Part shown: positions 1-14,520 of the stretch, piece after piece | Position numbering within the stretch: position 1 is the stretch's first letter | Layout of the letters: the number at the start of each line of letters is the position of its first letter | Assembly (NCBI GenBank): GCA_022605425.2 | Contig: JAKIMF020000007.1 | Span: forward strand, 1,178,001 to 1,242,000 | Length of the DNA stretch: 64,000 nt | Reading direction: 5' to 3' | Source: Hamiltosporidium tvaerminnensis FI-OER-3-3 | Taxonomy: Eukaryota; Fungi; Microsporidia | Program-made: the position numbers and the translations under genes | The notes under the pieces: model-generated | Databases searched by the model: none | Told to the model about the DNA's origin: nothing | The model's input: the letters and a program-made list of their open reading frames with translations, nothing else

Positions 1-1457
1 TAAACAACGTTTTAATACGGGTGGTGAGCTGAAAATAAGCTTGGAAACGATTTGAAAGTAATACGACAAATTTCCAACAAAGTCATATGATTGATTCTAC
101 CAGTTTTCATCATTTAATTAAAAATAGCTTTTTATGATGACTTCAGATATACATTAAATCAATGCTATTAAAACACAAAATCCATACATTTATAAGGGAA
201 GAAACACGCAGTGAAATGATAAAAACATTTTTCCAGATTGATGTTCTTAATTAGATCCCGTATGGTTGTAATATATTTATATGTTATGTGCAGATGCAAT
301 AGGAAAAATCAAAGCTCGAATTGCGTGCCAAATAAGTTATTTCAAAAAATAAAGATTAATTTTTTGTTATTTTAAGTTTAAAGAGTCCAAAAACAACCTG
401 CACTTCGTTGCTATATGAATAAGTTCTTCCATAAAATAAATTTTGGCGATTAATAATGAAATTTTGCAACAGAAAATTGCTTTTGTATGTATTTGGTCTT
501 ACTAAATGTTTGTTTATACAATATATTTTGGATAAACAACATAAGAGAGAAATTCATCACATCTAATCTAAAGATTTAATATAAAGGTTTATAAATTTTA
601 ATACCTTTTTTGGGCATTATAATCATAAAAATTAAGGTCGTACGATCTTTCAACGGTTTCAAACATTCAGAATTATAGGTTAAAAACTATTATTAAAGAT
701 TTGCAATAGCTTAAAAACAGATAATGCCCTATTAAAAAGCGATAAACTTTGGATTACGTATAGAAACCATTTCTGAAGAATATGAAAAAACGGGTTTGTC
801 TTTAAATATGCATAAAATCCGAAGAATATGTAAAATACTTGTATTGATTTCCGTTAAGCGAACTTTGAACTACTTAGAGAAGAATCTAAAAAACAAAAAA
901 AACAAATTGAATTCTATATAACAAATATGATTTCACATAATTTAAAACTGTTATTGCAAATGAGTAGGCTATATATTTTCCATATCAATATATTTGTTTA
1001 TTTTCATTTGTAAATATTACAAATGTACTTTTTTCAAATAGTCTTTTGGCTAGGAACTGAGAATTTGCTTACGAATAGCCGAGTTGGTTCTCGTTAAGGA
1101 CACTCTTTATACTTCGAATGTCAGAGGCTAATATTAGGCTAAACCCCCTACGAGTTAAAAGCAAAATATTGTATAGTATCTACTTAAAATAGTGAATCTT
1201 TAATTCATCCATCGTTAGGTTCTCCTCCATGCAAAAGAATATAAACTAAACATACTTATACAAATATAATCCACGAAAAATAAATTTAAACGCCCTAAAT
1301 TTATAAAAGTTTATGTAAAATATTTTCTTGATTTTCTAATCAAAAAAAGATTGTCTAAAGATCTAGCATGACTATTTGTCATTTTTATTTGCTCTTATCA
1401 AAGTAATTATCTGGAAAAATTTGATAAAATTTCTGCAGCATAACTTTAGAAAGGTGA

Positions 1458-2167
1458 CTTTATATTAAAAAATATCACATCTTTTTGAACCAGTTGCAAG
1501 TGTTATGTTTGTTTTCATGACATTAACACAAATCTAGGTTTAAAATAAATAACTGCTACCCCAACACTCCATCAGTACTCCCTGCGATACCTATGTTTCA
1601 AAGCTTTTCAATTATCAGGTGTGTAGAACCTAATTAATATTCGAGGTAGTGACCCGGAGTTCGTTAGTATTCGTTGCATGGAGTCTGATCATAGCTCCTG
1701 CAGGCTTTCTCAAGACTATGCAGCATTCTCACGCACTCTACTCTTCCTGAAACCAATAAACTTTTAGCTAAGATATATTTCAAGGTTATATAGGTCCACC
1801 TAGACAATGCAATGTCATACCAACAGGTATAACCTGCTACTTAGCTTTCCCGGCTTTTAAAGGTTATGATTTTTATATCTCCCGGGCGCTAAGTCTTCTA
1901 ACCCGAGTGAGCAAGGCTAGATTTCCATGCTTTTACATGGCAATTACCTACAATTTAAGCAGAGGTCTGCAATCTGGTTACAAGAAAAACTAAAAATAAA
2001 TTTTAGAAAAAGTTTTTCTATTTCTTAGAACTCTTCTCTTCATACAAACTCATGGAAAACCGAAGATGTGGTGTGGTTTCATTTCACCAAAAATCTAAAC
2101 AATGATCTCACACCCGTTTCACACACTCATTGCCAAGTAGAAAGTTTTTTATGTGGTTATCCTTCGC
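1458..2167 (-). mobile_element. ~720-nt non-autonomous retroposon family A, moderately diverged copy
   Basis: Colinear with 44026-44750 over its length (tatcacatc...gtggttatcc); possible TSD tttctgcagcataa (1430-1443) / tttctgcatcataa (2168-2181). Confidence 0.85.
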
Positions 2168-2777
2168 TTTCTGCATCATAAATAACTAATTTTATTTAAA
2201 TAACCTTAAGTGAGCTATTAAAAGAAAGTACCTTTAATAAACTATTTTAAACCATAAAATGTATTTTGATTTGGTTTCCGACGGAAATTACAACAAGAAA
2301 GAATGGGTATGAGGACCAAGAAAATATATCAGGCGTATCGTATAGAAAAATTTTCAAATTAAATGGATATTTTGAAAACTTGAAACTATTGTGATATGTT
2401 TAGCATCACAAGAACCGTGGGTTTTTAACATTATTTTTAAAGAAAATAGAAGAAAAAATAAAAAATCAATCACATCATAAAAAAGTAAATTAAGATAAAG
2501 TGATATATAAGTTACAGGTACCAAAAATGAATAACTTAATAGAGCTAATATGCATAGTTTACTAAGAAATAAGTGCCTTTTTATTAATATTGTAATATTG
2601 CATCTGTATTTACAAGATACCTGTGGTTTTTTTTAAAAAAAATATTACTTTTTTATATTATTAAAATACTTTGTATAAAATACGTTTTAAACTACTCTGT
2701 ATGTCCATAGAACTTTAAAATATTATTGATTCATTTTTTATTGATTATTAATCATTTCGATTCTTATATAAAGAACA

Positions 2778-4614
2778 TTAACATAACTCAGAAAGAGATG
2801 TTTCTAAAACGTCTATCAATGAATCTTTGACTAAAAAAGAATTCCATCCTCGGTCTTTAGCAGCTTGTACATTTTGATCAACATCATCATAAAAATATAA
2901 ATTTGAGGCTTTAGTTTCCAAAAGTTGTTCTATAGTAAAGTAGGCATGTGATTTGGTTTAAGAAACATATATTTATATTATTCATCTCTATGAACAACTG
3001 AAATAAAACATTCTAATATATCCAATGCTTTTAACGTTTTTTCTGGATGTATCTTGGCTGCGTTGGTAAAACATATTTTTTTAAATATTTTTTAAGGTCG
3101 TTTCTATATTTTATGTGTTCGGTGACTAGAATTTAATTGTTAGAGCTGTTACAAATATCTTCTTTTTTTGGGTTATCATCAACAATTTCTCTAAGAATCG
3201 AATCCGAACTCTCGTAAGACTCATCCATGCCGAAATTCGGATACTTATTAGTCCAATAACTCGTAGGAAATAATGTATCATCAATATCAAATACTAAAAC
3301 AATTTCATCTAAATACATTTTAGGAAAGACTGAATCTTCAATTGAAATAAAAAAGGTTTCATTTGTAACTTCTTTTTGAAAATCTAAGCAGAGAATAAAA
3401 TCATCAAGATATGCTAAAATATTTGTGTAGCCCATATAAGATGTTGCAGGGATAAAGGATAACAGATCTTTCCATTGTGATTCATATTTTAAAAATAGCA
3501 TTTTGTAAAAGAAACTGAAAATGGTGTCAGTTGATTCTAATTTTTCATTTTTGCACATTTCTTTGTGCCTTTTATATGCATTTGATTTTTTATAATGTGA
3601 AAATTCTGTGTTTTCCGATGAAATTGGTGAGTTTGAAAGAAAAAGGTTTTTGAAAATGTTTTCCATATATAACCTTAGACCATCTTTAGTAATCTGATTT
3701 GTATATCCTATTGAGAATATCAGGTTGAATGCCGTCTGTTTCGACATCTATAGCCCCGGGATTTAGAATTTGTACATCTCTTTGATCAGCTGCTATATTT
3801 ATTTCGACAGAAGGTTGATATGATTTTGAATCACTATTAGCATGCAGGTTTTCTTTGTTAAAATCTTGCCTATCAAACTGTTCTTTTGAACAAATTAATA
3901 TGCTGTCGAGCGGCGAGCCAAATGTAGCCGAATTTTCAGTTTCATGAGTTTTCTTGTCTTCAGATATTGAACATTTTTTATCCTAAAAAATTCATTTTGG
4001 GTTTATCTTGGTCATTTTCCTGAAGCCAAGACTGCGTTTTCTTTTTCTAAATAAGCATCTAAATCAAATTCAAGTATTTTCATTTCCATATTTCTCCTTT
4101 CAGGAAATGATTTATCATACTTCTTCATGTCTATAGTCATGTTTTTTTGAACATATCTTTTTAGCATATTCTGTAAACAAGGATATTCGTTGAGTTTCTC
4201 AGAATAATTTTGCAAATATTGCTTAAAGAAGCTAAAAAAAGTGTATAATATCCGAATCTCAAACATTAAAATCCATTTAACAGATTCTTCATCCCGTAGA
4301 AAAATAAACAATTTCATGATATCTTTTTCATATTCGAACAAATGTTGTAAATTATAATGAGCGAAAAAAGAATCATTTAAATTTTGATCATATATAGGCG
4401 GATATGGAAGGTCAAGTTTCTCTTCGATTATTTTGCACAAAAAATTATGTTTTATGAATGTACAAAGACACGTCATCGAAATGTAGTAAACGAACGGATC
4501 ATTTAGCATTTCGCTTCTGATTTTATCATTATATAACCGTTTGGTTTTTTCTTTATTTACTGCTGCCGTATATATTCGCAAAAAATACAATGTTAATAAG
4601 AAACTTCCGTTCAT
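2778..4614 (-). pseudogene. Secreted HAD-family (Sdt1/Phm8-like pyrimidine 5'-nucleotidase) paralog 1, disrupted
   Basis: ORFs 4012-4659 and 3133-3747 plus downstream frames give FDIDDTLF, CFTNA, FYDD and RGWNSF; ATG at 4614 is preceded by GGGTAAA; multiple frameshifts and stops; colinear with 19167-21015. Confidence 0.8.
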
Positions 4615-6988
4615 TTTACCCAAAAATCTCATTTTTTTATTAAATAACAGAAAAAACATATGTTCTATGTTCGAATAGAACGCTTTCGAAAAACAATAAT
4701 CAATTTAAGCTATATTAATCTTATTTTATGTATTAAAATATAATACGTTTTGAGGGATTCTATTTTTACTGAAACATTACTAACTACAATCTCAAATTTC
4801 TGTTTTGGTCCTTAAGTTTAAAGTAAATTATCTAAATATGTACTATAATGTTTATAGATGTGCCATAAATTGATTTAATTAGTATATAGAATAAAAAAAA
4901 TCTTTTAATCGATCTTTTTTTTACCTAAATATTTTCCTTTAAATTAATTTGAATATAAAATAAAGCTACATCGTCTATTAAAGGGATTTTATATCGTATA
5001 TTCAAATATTGCATTATGATAATTATGATTTGATTATTAATCTTAGTTACCTCTCTTAGCAAAATCAAAAACAAATATTAAGATTAAAAGAAATGAAACA
5101 ATACTCGAATTATAATATTTTTTTGTAGCTGTTAAACTTATTCGAACAAAATTTACACGCTACTTTAAATTATTTTTTTAATTAATTTTTTGGAAATCTA
5201 TCGTAAATACAATACAGTCAGTGTTTTCTCTTTGAGTTAAATACTTTATATTGTTGTTATAGTAAAGTTTATTTCTATTCTTCTTTATATTTATCTCGTA
5301 TAATTTGCGAAAAATTTCAAAATTATAGGTTATAAATGCTTAAATAATTTATTTTGACTTAAATAAAACAATTATTACTTTAAATTTATGAGAAACCTTT
5401 TATTCCGTGCTAAGGCATTTTAATAATAATCTTAAATAAAATGAAAAAGTAATTTAATAATTTTTTTTAAATTCTGTATTAGCGATAAAGTTCGGACACT
5501 TTCAGTGCTAAGTAATCATGATGATTAAGCCTATTTCATGCTTTAAAAGCGCAAAAGGCTACTATTTCTTATAAAATGTCCTACAGGAATAAAAAAAGTT
5601 TTAAGATGTGCAAAAACAAGCGAAAAAGTAAAAATTATCTACAAAATTCCAATATTAACTTTTTTTAAATTGCATTTTCTATTGACCTTATGTTACAATT
5701 TTTCATCATATATTCTAAGTATCATCAGAAATACAGCTTAAACAAATACCATTTTAAAATATTCGAATTTTTTAGTAGATTTCAATTCAAGAAAGAATAA
5801 CATCTGGGTTTCCTAGTAAGTCACAAGTTAATTTATATTCACTAAAAGAAAAACAATTTTAAAAATTAAATGTATTTCAATTTTTTTAAGAACAGTTTCT
5901 TGTTTTAATAAATTTGCATATAAAATACTTTTTGGTTGTTGTTCTGTTTTTAGAATCCAGCTTTTCATAATTTTGAAAGAAATTGAGATTGAATGAATCA
6001 TTAAAATTACAAGCAGCTTTGCAAAAATAATAGAATAATTCGCTTTCATTTATTTTCTAGCTTTATTACCAAGTATCAAAACCGCTTGGTAAAATTCATA
6101 AAAAATTCTCAAAATTCATTTGTGTTTAAAGCAAATTTTAAGGATATCATAGATTATTTTGCATAGACACTTATGTCAGATTGATAAGAATTTTTTAGAT
6201 TAAAACCTCGAATTATTGTTTTTTGAATAAATTCATAGATGAAAATTTCTTAATATTATAAGTTGGGTCAATTAATAACCGTCTGCTTGGTAATGAATGC
6301 TAAATTTATGTAAAATTTATTGTTAAAATTTTTACTTGGATAAAAACCATATTAGATGCCTGAATCGATTTTCTATAATCTCGAATTACAGCAGATGTAT
6401 AGCAAAAAATGTAATAACAGACGGTCTCAAAAATCGATGATATGGAGCGGAAATTAGACTATGACATAAGCAACATAGGGGTAAGAGATTTGCTGAAAAA
6501 TAGATAAGCCTAATGATACTGAAGTGATAACATTTAAGAAATAATTTACCTTTAAAGTCAAAAACGCTGAAAATTCTAAGATATAAAACGGAAATAAAAT
6601 TTATTGCCTTTCATCTGTTCATTTTCAACATTGAGCGGTAAAAAAAGAGTAGAAAATGTAAGTAAGTAATTCTTTAAATAATCCACTCCCATATCCTACT
6701 GTGTTTTTCCCATGGCATTTAAAGTTCAACTAGGAACGGAAATACGAAAATTGACAGACTTCAATGTGATTTGCTTTATCATATAATCTCTCTTATCTTT
6801 CTCGAATTCAAAAAAAACGACCCAAAATCAAAACGAAAGAATCTGAAATATTGAGCTAGGACAAAGAAATATGATCTTTATATTTAAACTAACAATCACC
6901 ACGTGTATTGAATTCACTACCTTCCAGAACAATTTAACTTTTTCAGTCATTTTTTGTCATTTTTTTTAAAAACAATTGACTTGATTAA

Positions 6989-7695
6989 CATCACATTTTT
7001 TAAAAAATATGGTATATGTTATACATCATTCGCTATATTTATGTTTTCCCAAATTTAGCAGCAATAAAACTCTCTGATATTTTATCGTTTATATCTACCT
7101 TACTTAGATTCATTAGCTTTCATATAAAAGTTATGATGAACTCAATTAATAGGCGAGGCGGTTGCCCGGAAGTCGTTGATTTCTGTTTTATTTGGTGTTG
7201 GGAGAGTAGATCTCGCCCGAATCTATTCTATAACTATGCTGCGGCTTTACTTATTCTACACCTGCTAAACCTAATAAACCACTAGCTAAAATAAATCTTA
7301 GCGACTTATACGTGAAAAATATGGAAAGTGAAATAATATATCCATATATAGTTTGCTCTCTTTGGTATTACCGGCTTTAACGTGTGTTTTTTTGTATCCA
7401 TATGTGGAAAGTATTCAACTCGAACGAGCAAGGCTAGGTTTTGATGCTTTACACGTCAATTTCATTCAAGTTCATCAATACTATGTGATATATTATAATA
7501 AAATAAGCTCGAAATAAATGTATATACGGAGTTTTGCTATTTTTTAAAGCTCGCTCATCATAAATGCACCCATAGAAATATTGAAAATATACAGCATTTT
7601 TGTTTCCAGCAAAGATCTAAGCTATATTTTCATACATTAATTTACACTGTGTCCTGCCGAGCAAATAGTTTTTTATGTTGTTTCTTTATACCACT
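6989..7695 (-). mobile_element. Retroposon family A, old diverged copy
   Basis: Retains taggcgaggcggttgcccgg, gagcaaggctaggttt and agttttttatgt blocks in the same order as the 44026-44750 copy. Confidence 0.7.
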
Positions 7696-8024
7696 CTGAT
7701 TTTCATAAAAAAAATATAATATATTTCTAATTGGAAAATCAAAAATATCTCTGAAACATCAGTTGGCACATACATAAACCAGTTAATTATATATTCTTCT
7801 GATTTATAGAATGGGCTATATTAATAAGTACATAACAATGGATATCTACCGAATTTGTATATCAGCAAGAAAACTTAAACCCAATTTAAAGTTATAAGAA
7901 TTAAAAATTTATCGCCGATGGGTATTTTTGACTTCTAAAATGCTCAATAAGAAATAAAAAAATTAATGGGGATGATCCGGGTTACATTGAAAATAAATTT
8001 TCTTATATAAAGAACAAAGGTATT

Positions 8025-8260
8025 CACCACCATGCCGGAAGCAGAATTGGCTTGAAGTATTATCTTATTGTCGTAAGAGGCGACTAAAAGAGACTGATAC
8101 TTCATGTTTGGGTTGGGCAAAGGCTAACAACCCACCCTTTAAAACCATCTTATTACAAAACCTGATAAGTAAACAAACCCACTTGAAAAAGACCGGTGGG
8201 CGCTTAACTAAGAGAGGATAAGGCTCGCACAGGGCTGTAGTGCCAAGAATGAATAAATGA
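8025..8260 (+). mobile_element. RTE-derived SINE-like element (family B)
   Basis: gtcgtaagaggcgactaaaa, gggttgggc...ggctaacaaccc and 3' gggctgtagtgccaa plus a (gaat)n-like tail; imperfect TSD aagaacaaaggta / aagtacaaagata; four copies in the window. Confidence 0.8.
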
Positions 8261-9121
8261 AAGTACAAAGATAAATTCGTATTTCGAAAACGTTCAAATT
8301 CAAACGCCATATTGGGCAATTTGAGAAACCACAGAGAGAGACAAACTTAGAACAACAAATGATTATACACTTTATAATTTAATCTGAAAACAAATATAAA
8401 TCAAACTTGTAAAAAAAAGTAAGAGCCACAATAGAAAAAAAATTTAAAATGTAAATGAGAAAACTTTAGAATGAAAAATAACATGGTTTAAATATTGAAG
8501 TAAAACTATATATTTTAGAATACAAATAAAACAATAACTCATATTCGACTCGTTATTACATTTCAAGGTATGCCACTGATTGACAAAATATCGAAGCTGC
8601 AATGGTTTGAGTTTTTGGTTTATAAGTAAAGCAGTTTATATTCTTAATCTCTAAATATACTATATAGTAAAATCAGATAATTTCTTTATAAGACACGACA
8701 ATGTTAATTCGAAAGTCTCAAAGACGCTAAAAAGGCTAATATCAAAAATTTTATACTAAAAAGCAGCATTTCCGCCATTTTTTCAATCGTATTTATCTTT
8801 ATATTTGAGACAAACTGTTGATGTATGCTATTAAGATTTATTTGGTAAAGGATAGCGTTGATCAAAAATCCTCAATCATCTTTGCTTTTAGTTCACATAC
8901 GCAGCGTAAGCAAATATATGTACCAGATAAAAATCTGGTTTCTTTGATTTAAATTATGATAAAAATACCGAAACAGAAATACATAATCATAACATAGAGA
9001 AGGTTTTAATTAGGAGAAACGTTTACTGTTTTCAAGAGTTTTGATGTAAAATAAGTAAATAGAAAGAAAAATAGCGCTAAAATAAATAAATTTAATAATT
9101 TCGATTTTCATGTGAAAAATA

Positions 9122-10963
9122 TCAATGCAAATCGGATAGTGATGTTTCTAAAACGTCTATCAATGAATCTTGGATTAAAAAAGAATTCCATCCTCGGCTT
9201 TTAGCGGCTTGTACGTTTTGAACGCCATCATCATAAAAATAAATATTCGAGCGTTTAGCCTCTAAGAGTTGTTCAATGGCGAAAAACGCATGCATATTTG
9301 GTTTAAGAAACATCATTTCATATGCTTCGCCTGTATGAACTACACAAATTAAGCAGTCTAATAAATCCAATGTCTTTAAGGTCCATTCCGCATGTATCTT
9401 GGCTGCGTTTGTAAAACATATTTTTTTGATAGTAATTTTTGTAAATATGTTTTAAGCTCGAATTTATATTTTAAGTGGTCAGTGACTCAAAAGTTCGTGT
9501 ATATTTCGTTACCAATATTATCCCTTCCTGGGTTTTCTTTCAATAGTTCTTCTTGAAGCAAATCTGAATTTTCGTAAAATCTAGTACTGCCAAAATTTGG
9601 GTTTTTCTTCCTAAAAAAACTCGTTGGAAAAATTGTATCATCAATATCGAATACTAAAACAATCTCATCTAAATACATTTTAGGAAAATCTGAATCTTCA
9701 ATTGAAATAAAATAACTAGAGTTTGAAATATTCATTTGAAAAGCTGATGAAAGAATGTATTCATCGAGGTAGGCTAGTATGTTGCCATAACCTATATATG
9801 ATTCATTAGGAATTGAAGATAAAAGGGTTTTCCATTGTGTTTCATAATTTAAATATAATATTTTGTAGAAGAAACTAAAAATGTTATGATTTGAATCAAA
9901 TTTTCCATTTTGACACATTTCTTTATGTTTTTTGTATAAATCAGATTTTTTATACTCAAAAAATTGGGTATTTTTTGCTTGAATTTCTAAATTTGCTTGG
10001 AAAATTTTCTCAAAAAAGAGTTCCAAATCTAATTTTAAGATATCTTTGGAATCAGATTTATAAATAATATTGTTTCTAGAATGATTAATTTCTTCCGTAT
10101 TCATGCGCATCACTTCTGAGCTTAGAATCACATTATCGGTTTGATTTGTTACTTTATTTCTTTCGGCAAAGGTTTATATGGTTTTGAGTAGCTGTTTAGA
10201 GTTGCGTTCTCTTCGTTTACTTCTATAATTTGACATCGGTAGCTGGATCCCGAGGCATTTATAGATTGCGCCGCAGTTATAGTTAGCTTTTTTGATCCAA
10301 ACGTTTCTGTTTTTTCGAATCCTGGTTGCATCATATGAGATAAAGCAGCTTCGGTAGGTGTTTGGCTATTTTCTAAATTGAAAATAATGCCCTCTTTTTC
10401 AAAATATGCATTTAGATCAAATCCTAGTAATTTAATTTCAATTTCACTGTTTTCAGCAAATGATCTATCAAATTCGGTATAATTTAAAATCAAATGATTT
10501 CCTAAGATTCTCTTAGCATATTCTTAAAACACGGGTGCTCATTGAACATATCAGAATAGCCAACAAGATATTCTTTAAAAAAGCAAAAAAAAGTGTATAA
10601 TATTCGAAAAATTAACATTAAAATCCATTTACTTGAGTCCTGCGGCTGCAAAAAGCTAAACAGTTTAAAAATATCTCTTTCATATTGAAATAAATAGTGC
10701 AGATTAAGCTGGGTGAACAAGGAATCATTAAATTGTTGATCGTATATAAGAGGATACGGAAGTTCAAGTTTCTCAACTATAATTTTACAAAAAACATTTT
10801 GTTTTCTAAATGTATTTAGACATATAATTGAAACGTAGTAAACGAACGGGTTATTAAACATTTCAGTTCGTATTTCATTATAATCTGGCCATTTAACTTC
10901 GTTTTTATCGGCTGCTGTATACATCCGAGGAATATATAATAGGAAAGTAAAAAAAGCAATCAT
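9122..10963 (-). pseudogene. Secreted HAD-family nucleotidase paralog 2, disrupted
   Basis: Four ORF fragments (10502-10963, 10149-10493, 9487-10131, 9122-9370) are colinear with paralog 3; hydrophobic N-terminus MIAFFTFLLYIPRMYTA; motifs FDIDDTIF, KP and FYDD. Confidence 0.8.
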
Positions 10964-13151
10964 TAATCAAACTACCCCTCTTTTCTTAAATGTAAAGAAA
11001 ACTCTTTTCGATGTTCGATTTTTCCATAGAATATTTTCAATGAACGTTCAACGACTGTCAAACCTTTCTTTCTTCTTTTACCAAGTATACCATTTTCAGA
11101 ATTTCTATATTTTTTTTGATTACCATTAAAAATAAACATAATTAAACTCGATTTTAGAACACAGAATAGGGTTTAATATTAAGTATAAATGCAGATATTT
11201 TATATAATATAGAATTAATATTCTTCTTTAATTATAGAACAATTAAAAAAATTTAAATGTTCTATTTTTTAGTTTCGAATTCGACATATTGTTTCAATTA
11301 TTTTTACTAGCAATTCGCCGCAAAATATGATACGTAAATTCCATGCTATAAAGAAATATATTAAATTACGATTGGTGTACTTTCATTAATAATTGTTTAA
11401 AATTAATTTAGAAAATTTATCGTCAAAGATGAAAATATTATAAATTCAATTTCAATGAGTATAAAAACGGTATGATTTTTTTAGATTTTTGTCATATCTT
11501 TGAAAAAAATTCGATGATGCAAATTTTTGCTTGGTTTGGAAAGTTTTATTTTATTCCACATAATTCTAAAAAGTATTTTATAACCATGACCTAAAATTGT
11601 AATATCCCTTTCTTCCACTATTTTTATCAATAGTTATAAATGTTATATTAGTTTTTTTTCAAAGTAAAAAATTATTTAAGTAAAAGAAATTAAATAAGTC
11701 ACCTTTTTAATATTGGCAGCGCATTATCCCACCTTTAAAATATAAAACTGGCGTTTAAAAATAAAAAACTGATTTGAATATCTTGTGAAAACAAATTTGA
11801 CATATATCTTCGGATTTTATATATCTCGATATATGTTATACATTTTTATTGTTTCGTCATAAATTATCATTGATGCTTTTAGATTTACAAAATATGTTAA
11901 AGTGAACATTTTCAGATTAACAACTACATGCCAGTGATAGTTTACTATATATTTTAGATTTCATTTACAGAAAAATACAGGCAGAAATATTTCTACAAGA
12001 TTAGAAATGTTAAGCCAGGCTCATAGCGTAATTTTAAAAATTACTTTCTAAAATGCTCATTTTGCCAAAGAACAGAGGCCTTTATCTAATATTCGCTGCA
12101 TTATTTATAAGCCAAGATTGTTTATTATACATTCTTAAGACATAAATTTCTACTAATAATTCATATTTTTCCGTTTAAAGACGATATTATGTATAATGGT
12201 CTAAAAACTTCATAATTATATTCGACTTATTTCCTATAAAAAGTGTATTATGCCTGGGCTAGACTGTGGAATAGAAATCATCAGCATATCTGAAATATTC
12301 TGTAATTTTATATTTGTTTACTTGGCCTGTATGTAATAATTTTTTTGAGGTTATAAAGGATTAGTAGAACTATTCGTAAAGTAAAAGGTGGATAACCAAA
12401 TTAAAAACTATTTATTTTGTAATAAGCGCTTTTAAACCATTATTGACATTTTGGCCAAATATAAAACCCACTAGATCTATCGACTACTAATCTATAATCG
12501 CGAGTTATAACAGATGAAAAGAATCAAATGGAAACTCTCCGCTTGTTCCTCCTCGACACTGAGAGGTCAAGCGAGAATGAAATAAGATAGTATTTATGTA
12601 AGAAACATTTGTTGCTAATACTATATGCCTGTTCTCAGTTTTTTTAAATCTCATTGTTTATCTAAATTTTTTTATAGAGTAGCTGTTATATATAATGTTT
12701 TATTCTTTAATAAACTTAATGAACAAATTTTTATAAATTTCCGCAAGTGCATTCACGTTTTCAAATCATAGGATAAGTGCAATTTAAAAATTTACCAACT
12801 ATTACCGATTGGTGCATGTTAGATTGCGTTTGTAGAAGCAAAGCAATTTCGGATTTAAATATATAACTACTTTTCAACTTTTATAGTTGCATTCCTAAAG
12901 TACTTAAATCACAAATCTATTCATATAAATGGTATATAGAATCTCTTGAATGTATAATATGGTTAATCTTATTTAGAAATATTTTTTGCATACGTTTGAT
13001 TTTTTTTATTAGGTCGTTTTTTTCATAGGATGGAACACAAACCACAAGTGAATTGCATCCAAGCCAAGTTATAAAAGTTCTAGAAACATTTTTCTTTTGA
13101 TTGTTTAAGTTCTCAGTCTAACGCAAACTTTCTTGTACAAAAGATAAAGAG

Positions 13152-13224
13152 TCCATCGACAGGGGATGGAATTCGGCCTTTCGGAAGTAAATTCTGATAT
13201 TCTCACCACTAGACTATCAGCAGA
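13152..13224 (-). pseudogene. tRNA-like pseudogene (Glu/Asp-type)
   Basis: Minus strand reads tctgctgaTAGTCTAGTGGtgagaat...gaattccatcccctgtcgatgga: A-box-like motif, decayed B-box, partly pairing acceptor stem, 73 nt; the anticodon arm is degraded. Confidence 0.5.
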
Positions 13225-13797
13225 CTAAATTTTGATTGCAGTTCGACCTACTTTAGGCTTCCAAGGAGCGGCAGCATTAATTCATACTCTATATCTGCCA
13301 TGTCCGTAAACTTTCGGCCAATATACATGTCTGTGCATCAATTCTAGTCAATTTAGACTTTCCAATATCATTTAAATAAAATATCTCTAAATAGTGTCCC
13401 TTTCTCATTAGAGGGTATTTTCTTATATTAAAGGTCCAACATCGTTTGTATCGAGTGCGCAAGATTAGATTTAGATGGATTTGCATGTTAATTACTAAAG
13501 GTCTTATCTTAGTTAACAAAGTAAGCCCATTAAAAACTCAAACTAACTTCGTGAAATATTTTCATGTTTCGTAGACTTTCTCTTCCTTATACATATTATA
13601 AAGGTAGAACCGACAATGAACTTTGATTTTTGTTTCATGTAAATGTTAACAACGATTTTAAAATACATTCATTTAGTATTACCAAGTATATAGTTTTTAG
13701 TACACGTATTTACGCTCTATTATTATATATGAATAAAAACATTACCAATATTTTGAATCATTTTCTACATTTATTTAGTATATTTCAATAATAAATG

Positions 13798-14520
13798 ATG
13801 GAGGGAGGATAACCGCAATATTGCGTATTTTCTTGATAATTAGTCTGTGAACTTGGTGTGAAAATCAATATTTGAAGCTTTAGTGCAATATACTCATACT
13901 ATATTTTCGATTGTTGAATGAGAATTTTTATTATCAGAAGAAGATTGAATAAATTGCGATACTTTTTCTACATATCTATTTTGTAGTTTTTTATGTAACT
14001 GGACATGTAAACCACGACTGAATTTTAAGTTAATTGCCGAGTCAGGCTAGAAAACTCACTCTTGATTACTCGGTTTAAAAGACTTGGAAGGTGAGAAATA
14101 CAAAATACACTCTCTATAAAACCAAGAATGTTTAGCAAAATGTATACTTGTAAGTATGTCATTGTACTGTCTAAGAGGCCGCTGTAATTTATTGAGATAT
14201 ATCTTAACTAAAAATTCATTGGGCTCAGAAATGGTAGAGTAAGTAGGAATACTGCATAACTTAGAGAAGCCCAGGGTGGATTTTTATCTATAATTCTACA
14301 TAAATTAAAAGGTATTAACAAACTCATGGAAAATGACTTGCTCATTTATTAGGTTTTAAACCTCCTTCAGATGAAACTCTTGGAATTTAGGTATCCTAGG
14401 AGGCACTGATGGAGTGCTGGGAGAGCAGTTATTTATGATACATCCTAATTGGTGTTAATTTCATGAAAACAATATAACATTAACCAGTTTTTTTAAATAT
14501 GTGATCTCTCTTGATAAACT
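13798..14520 (+). mobile_element. Retroposon family A, diverged copy
   Basis: Starts tggagggaggataacc and ends catgaaaacaa...atgtgat; candidate TSD ataataaatga (13788-13798 / 14531-14541). Confidence 0.8.

Noticed and set aside
11850-12600. Possible very old plus-strand LINE relic (similar hints at ~1000-1150 and ~6270-6560)
   Set aside because: Only faint motif resemblance; a profile search is needed.
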